DNA of 64,000 nucleotides. Source: an uncultured bacterium. Its GTDB lineage: Bacteria; Patescibacteriota; Patescibacteriia; UBA1558; GWA2-36-10. The stretch covers positions 29,631 to 93,630 of the forward strand of contig CAINYB010000006.1 of assembly GCA_903855135.1 (NCBI GenBank), read 5' to 3'. Below are positions 18,419-27,599 of this stretch, piece after piece (the first letter of the stretch is position 1; each line of letters starts with the position of its first letter). The notes under the pieces were generated by a model that did not search any database, was not told where the DNA came from, and worked only from the letters and a program-made list of their open reading frames with translations. The position numbers were made by a program, and so were the translations under genes.

Positions 18419-20095
18419 TTACTCTTTATTTTGTTTAACACCAAATAGCCACAATTTATTTTCTAACTTTTGGGTGACTAATAAACGTAAAAATGTACGA
18501 GTGACGGTAATAGCTGTAAACATAGAAACCAAGATACCAAGTGCCAAAGTAATAGCAAAACCCTTGACCACCGAAGTACCGAACCAAGCTAAAACCAAAC
18601 AAGTAATAATCGAGGAAACATTTGAGTCACGGATAGAAGTCCAAGCACGAGCAAAACCATTTTCAATCGCCATAGTTAAACTCTGACCAGCGCGTAGCTC
18701 TTCTTTGGTACGTTCAAAAATCAACACATTGGCATCCACGGCCATACCAATAGAAAGAATAAAGCCAGCAATACCAGCTAAAGTCATCGTGACCGGAATA
18801 GCTTCAAAAATAGCCAAAGAAACAATAGCGTAAATCAATAAAGCAAAGACTGATAACAAGCCTGGGAAACGATAGAATACTAACATGAAGATAGCAGCGG
18901 CTAACAAACCGATGATACCAGCAGCCAAACTCTTTTGGACTGAATCAGCGCCTAAAGAAGCACCGATAGTTTGTTGACTTAATAATTTGATAGGCACAGG
19001 AAGTGCACCAGAATTCAAACGTCTGACCATGTCTTTAGCTTCTTTGACAGTGAAATTACCAGAAATAACAGCTTTACCATCAGTAATCGCCTCTTGGACA
19101 GTTGGAGCAGAAATAATAAAGCCATCCAAGAAAATAGCTACTGGTTTACCGACATTGGCTTGAGTAATCTGACCAAATAAATCTTTACCAGTTTCATCAA
19201 ACTCTAGTGCTACTAATGGTTGATTGGTATTTTGATCAAAGTCTAAAGCAGCTTTTTTTAAATTTTTACCACCCAAAGCTGTCAAATCCCAAGTGGAACC
19301 AGCTAAATCAGCATTTGGATCTTTGATCAAAATATGAGCAGCGTGTACTTCAGTTTCTCCAGCATCATTTTTACGCTCCTCTATCTTTTTAATAATATGA
19401 AAACCAAACTGGGATTTCACTAAAGTTTTAGAAATCTCGCCAGCTTTTAGCTGATCAAAAATAGCAGCATCAAACTCAGGCACAAAATCTCCACGCTTAG
19501 CCCATGGTAAATCACCACCATTGGTAGCCGTGGATAAATCTTCACTATATTCTTGAGCAAGCTTAGTAAAATCTTCACCTTTTAAAGCTTTATTTAAAAT
19601 ATCTTGAGCTTTAGTTTGTGCATCAGTCAAGGCTTGGTTATCAACTGCTACTGGCTGACCTTGAGTTTTGAATTCTAACAATGGAGTTTCGCCGATCATT
19701 TTGATCGCTTCACTGACATCTTTGACACCAGCCAACTCGACAATGATACGATAATTATCACCACTGTAATTTGTTTGCACATTTGGTTCTGACACACCGT
19801 AGACATTGACACGACGTTCAATCACATCTCTGACGCCTTCAACTGCTTCTTTTTTTTCAACATTTGGGATATTGCTGACATCAGCCTGATAAACCAAGTG
19901 AGTACCACCTTGTAAATCTAAACCTAAATGAACTTTAAAGCGACTAAACCAAGCAACTCCATTTGGCCAAGCAACAAAGCCAGCAAAAGTGGCAACTAAA
20001 ACTATGGCCAAAAAAGTCCAACGAACTTGATTTTTACTTGCGACACGACGAATGGTATTTCTTTTTTCCATAAATAAAGTATTTAAATATGACAA
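18419..20095 (-). CDS. secD: Protein translocase subunit SecD with an embedded parvulin (PpiC)-like motif set in the periplasmic P1 domain
   Basis: SecD N-terminal TM, LGLDLQGGTHLVY, C-terminal RND-like TM bundle; internal NGGDLPWAKRGDFVPEFDAAIF...SQFGFHIIKKIEE plus AAHILIK resemble PpiC rotamase motifs. Confidence 0.8.
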   Translation of the reverse strand: MSYLNTLFMEKRNTIRRVASKNQVRWTFLAIVLVATFAGFVAWPNGVAWFSRFKVHLGLDLQGGTHLVYQADVSNIPNVEKKEAVEGVRDVIERRVNVYGVSEPNVQTNYSGDNYRIIVELAGVKDVSEAIKMIGETPLLEFKTQGQPVAVDNQALTDAQTKAQDILNKALKGEDFTKLAQEYSEDLSTATNGGDLPWAKRGDFVPEFDAAIFDQLKAGEISKTLVKSQFGFHIIKKIEERKNDAGETEVHAAHILIKDPNADLAGSTWDLTALGGKNLKKAALDFDQNTNQPLVALEFDETGKDLFGQITQANVGKPVAIFLDGFIISAPTVQEAITDGKAVISGNFTVKEAKDMVRRLNSGALPVPIKLLSQQTIGASLGADSVQKSLAAGIIGLLAAAIFMLVFYRFPGLLSVFALLIYAIVSLAIFEAIPVTMTLAGIAGFILSIGMAVDANVLIFERTKEELRAGQSLTMAIENGFARAWTSIRDSNVSSIITCLVLAWFGTSVVKGFAITLALGILVSMFTAITVTRTFLRLLVTQKLENKLWLFGVKQNKE

Positions 20096-20136
20096 TATTC
20101 TAGCACAATTAGATATTTTTACAAGTCTTTAATAAG

Positions 20137-20931
20137 CTATTTTTTAATAGCCAAAAACTGAATCGCTGAACCTAAATTTATCCATATTTTAGCTAAATAT
20201 CGATGTTCCCAAGCTAAATACTGATAATAATGCCTCAAAAACAACTTGCTTTCATTTCTCGGTAGATAATCATAAGTATAAAAAGCCTTAATTTCAAAAC
20301 CAACCTTAGCTAAAGTAACCTTTAATTCAGCGGGCACAAAGCTCTCGGCTTCTGGCTCTATTAGCTCAGTCTGCACAGTTTTTTGCTTAACAAAAATGTT
20401 TAAAATACGAGTAAACAATCTAAATAAAAACCAAACATAAAAAAATGGATTCCATAAAGCGCCATAGTTTTTATTTGGCTCACCTAGAACTACAAATTTA
20501 GCACCAGCTTTCAAAACTCGGAAAGCTTCAGTAAAAGTCTTTTCGGTGGCAAAAAAATGATGCAACGAACCATTGATCACTACCAAATCAAAAAAATTAT
20601 CTTCATAAGGCAAATTCACTGACTCACCTAAGCTAAAATTTATCTGCGGATATTTATTTTTCGCAATCTTTAAAACTTCTTCTGATAAATCTACACCGTA
20701 AACATTATCGGTAACTTGTAATAGCTTGGCACTCAAACGTCCAGTACCACAAGCAATGTCTAAACATTTATCAACTTTTTTATGATCAATAAAATTCTGT
20801 AAATTATCAAAATTCCACTGATCAACTATTTTGGCTGATTCAGTTTCGGTATGCCAAGCATCATATTTCTCGGCTGTACTATTATAATAATCTTGTTGAA
20901 TTTGTTTTTTCTCTTGATAAAAATCTTGCAT
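20137..20931 (-). CDS. Class I SAM-dependent methyltransferase
   Basis: Motif I LDIACGTGRLS, motif post-I VYGVDLSE, FDLVVINGSLHH. Confidence 0.7.
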   Translation of the reverse strand: MQDFYQEKKQIQQDYYNSTAEKYDAWHTETESAKIVDQWNFDNLQNFIDHKKVDKCLDIACGTGRLSAKLLQVTDNVYGVDLSEEVLKIAKNKYPQINFSLGESVNLPYEDNFFDLVVINGSLHHFFATEKTFTEAFRVLKAGAKFVVLGEPNKNYGALWNPFFYVWFLFRLFTRILNIFVKQKTVQTELIEPEAESFVPAELKVTLAKVGFEIKAFYTYDYLPRNESKLFLRHYYQYLAWEHRYLAKIWINLGSAIQFLAIKK

Positions 20932-20933
20932 AT

Positions 20934-21623
20934 TTATTTAAAAAATATTGGAATCTCTAAAGCGTCATCATTGGCTGGCAAGCCAGACGGATTGTCTTTT
21001 TGTAAAATGATTGAACCGTTATTTTTATAAGTAGCTTTATCAAAACTAATATTTGCTTCAAAAGGCACAAAGTCTTCTGTCATCCAGTCGCCTTTAGCCT
21101 GCGCTATTCCTTGACCGATGATCAAACCATCCCAATTTACAATAGATATCGGAAAGCTGGCTTCAAAAAACCAATTACCTCTCGCCTCACCTGTGATTTT
21201 AACAGGGCTAGTGATGCTATCGCCAGCATGGACTGACTCTAGCTTGATCAAATCTTTGTGCTCTTCTTCTTGCTTGTTATCAATCGCTATTTCCTCTACA
21301 TAAACCATGTCTTTACCTTGGCATTGACGTGGATATGACTCCATCACCGGGAAGCCAGCTGCTTCACACTCACTAAAATTAGTCACTACTTTATCTTCAT
21401 CTGTTTTCACTTCCCCACAGCCTGTTTTTGGCATTTCCGCACTAGGGCTTCCATGCTTGATCCACTGACTATTTTCACATAACCAAGTATCTTCTTTGGT
21501 AGAAAATTTAAGCGCTAAACCAATAATAAGCAATAAAGCAAAAAAACCTTCTAAGATAAAATAAATGTATTTTTTACATGTACATGCACTGCCATTTTGG
21601 CAATTTTTACATTTTGATATCAT
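20934..21623 (-). CDS. Membrane-anchored protein with N-terminal Cys cluster and possible C-terminal Gmad2-like Ig-fold domain
   Basis: CKNCQNGSACTCKK, one TM helix, C-terminal GNWFFEASFPISIVNWDGLIIGQGIAQAKGDWMTEDFVPF reminiscent of Gmad2. Confidence 0.4.
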   Translation of the reverse strand: MISKCKNCQNGSACTCKKYIYFILEGFFALLLIIGLALKFSTKEDTWLCENSQWIKHGSPSAEMPKTGCGEVKTDEDKVVTNFSECEAAGFPVMESYPRQCQGKDMVYVEEIAIDNKQEEEHKDLIKLESVHAGDSITSPVKITGEARGNWFFEASFPISIVNWDGLIIGQGIAQAKGDWMTEDFVPFEANISFDKATYKNNGSIILQKDNPSGLPANDDALEIPIFFK

Positions 21624-21637
21624 AAAATTATATATTA

Positions 21638-21666
21638 TTGACTAAAATTACGCTTTATTTTATAAT
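21638..21666 (+). promoter_or_regulatory. Sigma70-type promoter for tRNA-Gln: TTGACT-17 nt-TATAAT
   Basis: Consensus -35 (21638-21643) and perfect -10 (21661-21666) with 17-nt spacer, 10 nt upstream of the tRNA 5' end. Confidence 0.65.
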
Positions 21667-21676
21667 CTCATCATAT

Positions 21677-21750
21677 TCGGGGATCGTCTAATGGTAGGAC
21701 AACAGGTTCTGGTCCTGTTTATTGGGGTTCGAATCCCTATCCCCGAGCCA
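21677..21750 (+). tRNA. tRNA-Gln (anticodon CUG), 74 nt with encoded CCA
   Basis: Hand-folded cloverleaf: 7-bp acceptor tcgggga/tccccga with U1-A72 and G73 (bacterial Gln identity elements), D-loop with GG, anticodon stem acagg/cctgt, loop ttCTGgt, T-loop ttcgaat, 3' CCA. The reverse orientation fails because there is no U33. Confidence 0.8.
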
Positions 21751-21820
21751 CTCGACTCCTCCTCGGCTACGCTCGGAGTCGCTCGCGGTCTGTCGACCAA
21801 ATTCATATAAAATCAATGAT

Positions 21821-21838
21821 CCCCGGCGGATGCCGGGG
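21821..21838. terminator. Bidirectional GC hairpin ccccggcg-ga-tgccgggg with flanking T/A runs; exact copy at 22896-22913
   Basis: Follows the tRNA on the plus strand (then ttttatt) and follows the stop of minus-strand gene 21853..22782. Confidence 0.6.
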
Positions 21839-21852
21839 ATTTTATTATTTCT

Positions 21853-22782
21853 TTATTGTTTCAAAATAGGTTTATACAACTCTGGATCTATGGTTCTACT
21901 AAAACAAGTTTTTTCAGCTTTATGATCCCAATTTTGTTGGAAATCTACCATATACATATCATTGTTTATCCTATCATTTTGAGCATTACTTATGGTCTTG
22001 AAGTCAGCACAAAGCTCAAAAGCTAAATCACCAGTGACTTTGTATTCATAGATAGCTTTAGTGTCTGGGTCAGTTGGTACTTTAAAACCAGAAATACTAT
22101 CCTCTAGAGCGCTTAATTGGTTTGGTAAGGTTTGTTTTTGTTGCCAATAATTTAAGACTTCATTTTGAATAGTCTGTAAATTTTGTATTCTTTGTTCATC
22201 AAAACGATAAGCTCTTTGTTTAGTTGGTGTACCGATAATAAAAAATCCTAAAGCCACAGAAGCAATCACCAAAATCGCAGTCACCCAAGCAAAAATCTGA
22301 TTTAATTTTTTATTGGCTTCCTCTCTTTTCAAATCCCAAAGATAATAAGAGAATACTAAACCAGCTACTAACAAGACCACTAGGACTTTAAAGAAAAATT
22401 TAATACTCAAATCACCATCTAAAAAGCGATAAACAAACATGATCAAATCAATAATAATTGTAACAGCAGAAACAAAAAGGGTTAAATAAAGTAACCACTT
22501 TCTGATTTTGATTTCTCTTTTTTCTTTGTTAAGCGAGACATCTTTAGCTAAGATCCAAGCAGTTAACAAATAAAACGGCCAAGCAATAATCAACATCGAG
22601 GTAAATACCCTGACAGCTTGGGCAATACTGTTATAATAAAAAGTCAAAGCATCTGGATACAGGAAGTCAATGTATTGGATATAAAGATTGATAAAACTCA
22701 CGATACTTAAATAAAAAGTCACGATGCCAAATAAATGTAAAAATACATCTTTGGGCGTGCTTTTTAGTGTAGTTTGCTCCAT
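21853..22782 (-). CDS. Polytopic membrane protein, unknown function
   Basis: 309 aa, about 6 TM helices in N-terminal half, soluble C-terminal domain; no motif recognised. Confidence 0.4.
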   Translation of the reverse strand: MEQTTLKSTPKDVFLHLFGIVTFYLSIVSFINLYIQYIDFLYPDALTFYYNSIAQAVRVFTSMLIIAWPFYLLTAWILAKDVSLNKEKREIKIRKWLLYLTLFVSAVTIIIDLIMFVYRFLDGDLSIKFFFKVLVVLLVAGLVFSYYLWDLKREEANKKLNQIFAWVTAILVIASVALGFFIIGTPTKQRAYRFDEQRIQNLQTIQNEVLNYWQQKQTLPNQLSALEDSISGFKVPTDPDTKAIYEYKVTGDLAFELCADFKTISNAQNDRINNDMYMVDFQQNWDHKAEKTCFSRTIDPELYKPILKQ

Positions 22783-22814
22783 ACAATTTTGTTTTAGATT
22801 GATTATTTATTTAG

Positions 22815-22930
22815 TACCCCCTCCTCTTCGAGCCTTGAGGCTCTTCTGAGCCGAAACGGTCGGTCTCCCCCTAAATTGGGGGGAGAAGGCGCGTTCCCCG
22901 GCGGATGCCGGGGAAGCGGCAGAAGGGGTA
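22815..22930 (-). repeat. Composite mosaic of GC-rich palindromic units (BIME-like) between dnaX and the membrane protein gene
   Basis: Contains gagcc-ttga-ggctc, tctcccccta-aatt-ggggggaga (copy of 17452-17474), ccccggcggatgccgggg (copy of 21821-21838) and an outer arm gcggcagaaggggta that is the reverse complement of taccccctctgccgc at 17428-17442. Confidence 0.6.
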
Positions 22931-22941
22931 TTTTATATTTT

Positions 22942-24432
22942 TTAAACTACTTCACCACCAAAAACATCAACGGCGAGATCAACATCTTCTTCACTGCGTC
23001 CACGAAAGTTTTGGTGATTAGTAAGATAATTGCTATCAACTTTTAGCTCTATTTTTACGCTTCTTTTCAAAAGTTCATGAACAGCTTGCTTCAAGGCCAA
23101 GATAAACTCTGGTTTATTTATTTGCTCCGCATGAAAAGAATATTCAACACCTAAAAATAATTGCTCTTGATCTAAAGATAAAGGATGAGCGGTTTTTAAA
23201 AATGCTGCCACCGAATTATTTACTTTTTTTAAATTATCAACTATCTGGTCCCAATTATTTTTTAAAACTGCTAAATCTTGCTCTCCACCACTTACAGCTG
23301 CTGCTGGTGTTGACGCTGTGCTAACTTTAGTATTTTCTGCTTCGGTCAATAAAAACTCCACACAAGCCAGCTCAAGCGGTAGCTGATCAATCATCGCATA
23401 GTGACGTTGATTCGTTTTAGTCAAAACAATGTTTAATAAACGATGTAAATCACTTAATTCAAAACCATCGCCTTGATTTTTTAATAAGTCTCTAAAACTA
23501 TCATCAAAATCTCGCAAATAATCAGCCCCTAAGATCTTATAAAGCATAGCGTGACGCAAGTATTCCAGTAAATCAGCGGTCAAAGTCTCTAGATCTACAC
23601 CTTCGTCAATAAGTTTATGGATTTGATTCAAAGCCGTGTTTAAATTACGCATGCGTAAAGCCGCTACAAAATCATCGATTTCTTGCCAATTGTTACGTGG
23701 TAAAACTAGCGAAGCTAATTCATCATCAACTTGGCCATCAGCCAAAGAAATGATTTGACCAAGCAGTGACTCGGCATCACGCAAACAACCATCCGAACGA
23801 CGAGCAATTTGCCAAAGCAAAGTTTCGGCCATGGTCACTTTTTCCCACTCAATAATCTCACTTAATCTTTTGACAATATCCGCACTAGGTATTTTTTTAA
23901 AATCAAATCTTTGACAACGGGAAATAATAGTTTCTGGCACTTTATGAATTTCTGTAGTAGCTAAAATAAAAATAACTTTTTTTGGTGGTTCCTCTAAAGT
24001 TTTTAATAAAGCATTAAAAGCTGGCTTAGAAAGCATGTGGACTTCGTCGATCACAAAAACTTTATAGCTTCCTACTTCAAAAGCTGGGACATAAGAATTG
24101 GCAATGATATTTTCCCGGACATTTTCCACGCCAGTATGAGAAGCGGCATCGATCTCGATAATATCCATGGATTGGTTATTCAAGTTTGCCTGACAATTAT
24201 GACATTCATTACATGGCTCCGTCGAGTTAGCAGTTTTATTTTGACAGTTCAAAGAACGCGCAAAAAGACGGGCCAAAGTAGTTTTGCCCGTACCGCGAGG
24301 TCCAACAAACAAATAAGCATGTGCCAAGTTGCCAGATAAGACTTCATTTTGCAGGGTCACTTTGATCGGTCTTTGTCCAACTACTTCAGCAAATGTTTTC
24401 GGACGATATTTTCGGTAAATGACTTCTGACAT
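22942..24432 (-). CDS. dnaX: DNA polymerase III subunit gamma/tau
   Basis: KYRPKTFAEVVGQ, Walker A GPRGTGKTT, zinc module CNECHNCQ. Confidence 0.9.
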   Translation of the reverse strand: MSEVIYRKYRPKTFAEVVGQRPIKVTLQNEVLSGNLAHAYLFVGPRGTGKTTLARLFARSLNCQNKTANSTEPCNECHNCQANLNNQSMDIIEIDAASHTGVENVRENIIANSYVPAFEVGSYKVFVIDEVHMLSKPAFNALLKTLEEPPKKVIFILATTEIHKVPETIISRCQRFDFKKIPSADIVKRLSEIIEWEKVTMAETLLWQIARRSDGCLRDAESLLGQIISLADGQVDDELASLVLPRNNWQEIDDFVAALRMRNLNTALNQIHKLIDEGVDLETLTADLLEYLRHAMLYKILGADYLRDFDDSFRDLLKNQGDGFELSDLHRLLNIVLTKTNQRHYAMIDQLPLELACVEFLLTEAENTKVSTASTPAAAVSGGEQDLAVLKNNWDQIVDNLKKVNNSVAAFLKTAHPLSLDQEQLFLGVEYSFHAEQINKPEFILALKQAVHELLKRSVKIELKVDSNYLTNHQNFRGRSEEDVDLAVDVFGGEVV

Positions 24433-24443
24433 TATTTATGTGT

Positions 24444-25040
24444 TTATAAATTAATCTCTAAATCTTGCGGATCACCCGAATGCGGATGAGCATATTTAGC
24501 TTTGATGATATTTTCAACGGCGGCCCATTCAGAATCGCCAGCTTTTGGCGTCAAAATCACTACTTCATCCCCTTCTTCACCCTTAAAGTAAGTAATACTA
24601 GCCAATAAAACTTTAAATACTTTTTCACCAGCCAAAACCACGAAATCTCCACTTTCATTATCTTTGACTAGATGTCCGACTATCCGCTGTCTATCGACGG
24701 GAGAAATTTGTTTAAAAATGAAGGCGCCACTAGGATCGATGGTCAATTTCAACATATCACCTTCAACCAGCTTTGATTTTGAGGCATAATTGGCGGGTAC
24801 AGAATATTGCTTACCATCTGGTCCGATCATGACTTGGCCATTAAAAACACCTTCTATCACCAAGCCTTCATCTGACTGACCTTCAGCACCGAACTCTGCC
24901 GCTTTTAAACTATAGTCAACGGCTGATTTGCCCTTTTTGCCACTTAATTCGCCTAAAATTAGTTTAGTTTTCTTTAGCTCTAGCTCTAAATTGTAGACCA
25001 AAGACTCCAATTCTTTGATTGTTTTTAAATTATTCGCCAT
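24444..25040 (-). CDS. Hypothetical protein (coiled-coil N-terminus), start probably MANNLKT
   Basis: ORF without recognisable motif; sits between the fused ATPase and dnaX. Confidence 0.35.
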   Translation of the reverse strand: MANNLKTIKELESLVYNLELELKKTKLILGELSGKKGKSAVDYSLKAAEFGAEGQSDEGLVIEGVFNGQVMIGPDGKQYSVPANYASKSKLVEGDMLKLTIDPSGAFIFKQISPVDRQRIVGHLVKDNESGDFVVLAGEKVFKVLLASITYFKGEEGDEVVILTPKAGDSEWAAVENIIKAKYAHPHSGDPQDLEINL

Positions 25041-25123
25041 TTTTATTTTTATTTTATTTGTATTTAAAGAATAACATAAAAGCAACTCGTTTTCAAGAGC
25101 TGCTTTTGTCTAAAATTTATCCT

Positions 25124-25145
25124 GCTTCGCCGAATCGAGGCGAGC
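25124..25145 (-). terminator. GC hairpin gcttcgcc-gaatc-gaggcgagc abutting the stop of the fused ATPase gene
   Basis: 7-8 bp GC stem directly 3' of the stop at 25146. Confidence 0.5.
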
Positions 25146-27593
25146 TTAAAAACTAAAACGTTTCTCAATTTCCGCTTCTACACCAGCTCTGTCTTTACCG
25201 TATTTGAGACTAGATAATTCTTTCAAAGCTTGAGCTAATTCAAAGTTTCCTTTTTCCGCCATAATCGGATTAAAGTTAAAAGCCGGAGCAGCCGTGTTAT
25301 CGATCAATAATCTGACGTAACAAGTATATTTGGGCATATTGACCAAATCATATTCCGAAACCACTGGCGCCATTTGTTTAGCAATGATCTCTGCATCTTC
25401 GACACCGATACGATAAGAAATGATGGTACCAACATTACCAAAGATAGCATCTCGTACACGCGTGTCACCATTTTTGACTAGCTGGGCTAAAAACTGATGG
25501 GCCAAGATAAGGTCTAGACGATATTTTCTGGCTTCCGATAAAATAATAGCGATACTATCAGTAATAAAGTTTTGAAACTCATCAATGTATAAATAAAAAT
25601 CTTTGCGTTCATTTTCTGGGATATTCACTCGACTCATAGCCGCAAATAATAGTTTACCGATGACAATCATACCAAGCAAGCTACTATTTATTTCTCCGAT
25701 TTTACCTTTGGATAGATTTAATAAAATTATTTTATTCGTATCCATGGCTTCCCGAAAATTAAAAGCACTTTTACTTTGCGCAATTATCGGACGGATCAAA
25801 TCATTAGCAATAAATGGCGTCAATTTACTAGTGATATAAGGCACCATGTTGGCCAATGATGCTTCACCACCAGCTTTTTGCGCTTCTTTTTCCCAAAAGT
25901 CTTTGACGAAATGATTTTTTACTGTCAGTAATTTTTGTTTTCTAAAATCTTCATCAGCCAAAACTTTAGGGATTTCGAGTAGCGTTGCACCAGAATCTTT
26001 ATCATCCATGATGAGTAACATCGCATTACGCATATATTGCTCAAACATCGGACCACCGGTGGCTTTCAAATCATAGAGTTTGTCAAAGATCGCGATCATT
26101 TCATTGATCACAAAAGTTTTTTGCTCATCAGTGTCATATTCTAGCATGTTCATGCCTAATGGCCGGCTAGAATTTGCTGGATCAAACAAAATCACATCTC
26201 CTGCTCTTTCTTTCGGAATATGTGCTAAAACTGACTCGATGCTATCACCATGTGGATCAATCACGCAGACACCTTTGCCGGCTTTGATATCCTGGATAAT
26301 CAAACTTTCTTGTAAAACTGATTTACCCACACCAGTCTGACCGATGATGTACATATGTCGACGACGATCAGCATCTTTGATACGCACGAGAGTCTCTGCA
26401 CCTCTAAAAGAGCTCTTGCCTAAAACTAAGCCTTCTGTAGCCATATTTTGTGGTGGCGCTGCTTTACTGGCCTCTAGCCAGGCAATGCGTGGTGTTTCAG
26501 TCGTAGGCAAAGGCAAATGAACCATTGAGATCATTTCTTCTGCATTGAGCAAAATACGAATATTAGTATCATAATGACGATAAATAAAATCTTTGATTAA
26601 TTTGTCTGGATTTTTTGGTAATAAAGCTTTAAAAACATTACCAAATTCATAAATATTATATTGGGCATAGCTATTTAAGATGTCAGCCAAAATAGCATTT
26701 GACCTTTCTTTACTTGGGCTTGAACAAATCACTCTGATATTGACATCTAGTCCGGGCTTAGAGCTTTTTTCTTGCAACATCTTGCCAGCTTCTTGTTCCA
26801 TGGCTGAAGTCTGATGTTTATCTTTATCTCCTAAAACACCTTGATCATTATCTTTTTTGGTAGAAAAAAAACTTAATAAAAAACTAAAAGCTTTACCTAA
26901 AAAATTTAAAACACCGGTTCCATAACTTTCAGTAATCGCTGCTTTAAAAGTCATGCCTTTGGCCATATTAGCTACTATTTTGTGAGCACGATCATGCCAT
27001 TTTTTTGGTGCAGATTTAAAGACATATTGCACTGCAGCTGATTCATGTTCATTTAGCTTACTTAAAGCATTGGTGATACTTTCCAAAGGATCATTGTCAA
27101 AACTTTTGTAAGTTTTGACTGGTAAAGCGATATCACTCTGTATTTTTAAAACACCAGCTTTTATCACACTATTTGCTTCAAAAATATTATAATCAGATAT
27201 TTCTTCAAAATATACTTTTGGATAAACAGTCTGTATTTGTTGAACAAAAAAGGTTTTATATTTTGGTGGCATCGCAGCGTAAAAATTTATCTCTGTAGAA
27301 GTAGCAACTATTTCTAAAGAAAAAACTTCACTTAGTTTAAACCAAGATTTTTCTGCTTTTAAACCAGCTAAAGAATAAAAAAAATTTTCTACTTGTCCCA
27401 AACTAGAGATGATAAAATCTTTTGTTAGCTGTTCTCTTTCACTTTTGGTGTAGCGCGGTATCTTAATCAAAATAATGTCTAAAGATAAATCTTTATTTAT
27501 TCTTTTTTTATACCAAACAAATAAAAACAAGGCAATTAAACAAAAAACAACCAATATAGCTACTAGTAAAATTGTCTGAATATCAATAGTCAT
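25146..27593 (-). CDS. Membrane-anchored TrwB/VirD4/HerA-type P-loop ATPase, fused form (N-domain + ATPase), 815 aa
   Basis: N-terminal TM helix; RRRHMYIIGQTGVGKS; VCVIDPHGD; Walker B FYLYIDEFQNF; AHQ. Its N- and C-halves align respectively with ORFs 14522..16021 and 12786..14516. Confidence 0.7.
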   Translation of the reverse strand: MTIDIQTILLVAILVVFCLIALFLFVWYKKRINKDLSLDIILIKIPRYTKSEREQLTKDFIISSLGQVENFFYSLAGLKAEKSWFKLSEVFSLEIVATSTEINFYAAMPPKYKTFFVQQIQTVYPKVYFEEISDYNIFEANSVIKAGVLKIQSDIALPVKTYKSFDNDPLESITNALSKLNEHESAAVQYVFKSAPKKWHDRAHKIVANMAKGMTFKAAITESYGTGVLNFLGKAFSFLLSFFSTKKDNDQGVLGDKDKHQTSAMEQEAGKMLQEKSSKPGLDVNIRVICSSPSKERSNAILADILNSYAQYNIYEFGNVFKALLPKNPDKLIKDFIYRHYDTNIRILLNAEEMISMVHLPLPTTETPRIAWLEASKAAPPQNMATEGLVLGKSSFRGAETLVRIKDADRRRHMYIIGQTGVGKSVLQESLIIQDIKAGKGVCVIDPHGDSIESVLAHIPKERAGDVILFDPANSSRPLGMNMLEYDTDEQKTFVINEMIAIFDKLYDLKATGGPMFEQYMRNAMLLIMDDKDSGATLLEIPKVLADEDFRKQKLLTVKNHFVKDFWEKEAQKAGGEASLANMVPYITSKLTPFIANDLIRPIIAQSKSAFNFREAMDTNKIILLNLSKGKIGEINSSLLGMIVIGKLLFAAMSRVNIPENERKDFYLYIDEFQNFITDSIAIILSEARKYRLDLILAHQFLAQLVKNGDTRVRDAIFGNVGTIISYRIGVEDAEIIAKQMAPVVSEYDLVNMPKYTCYVRLLIDNTAAPAFNFNPIMAEKGNFELAQALKELSSLKYGKDRAGVEAEIEKRFSF

Positions 27594-27599
27594 AATAAT

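Noticed and set aside
21677-21750. Possibility that the tRNA is encoded on the minus strand like all other genes
   Set aside because: The reverse-complement fold would have a non-U at position 33 and no 3' CCA or discriminator context. The plus-strand fold is canonical and has a perfect upstream promoter.
21722-21925. Plus-strand 67-aa ORF overlapping the tRNA-Gln 3' region and terminator
   Set aside because: It overlaps a well-folded tRNA and GC hairpins and runs into the 3' end of a minus-strand gene. It is an artefact.
22815-22930. CRISPR array
   Set aside because: The palindromes are heterogeneous in sequence and lack regular repeat-spacer periodicity. No cas genes are in the window.
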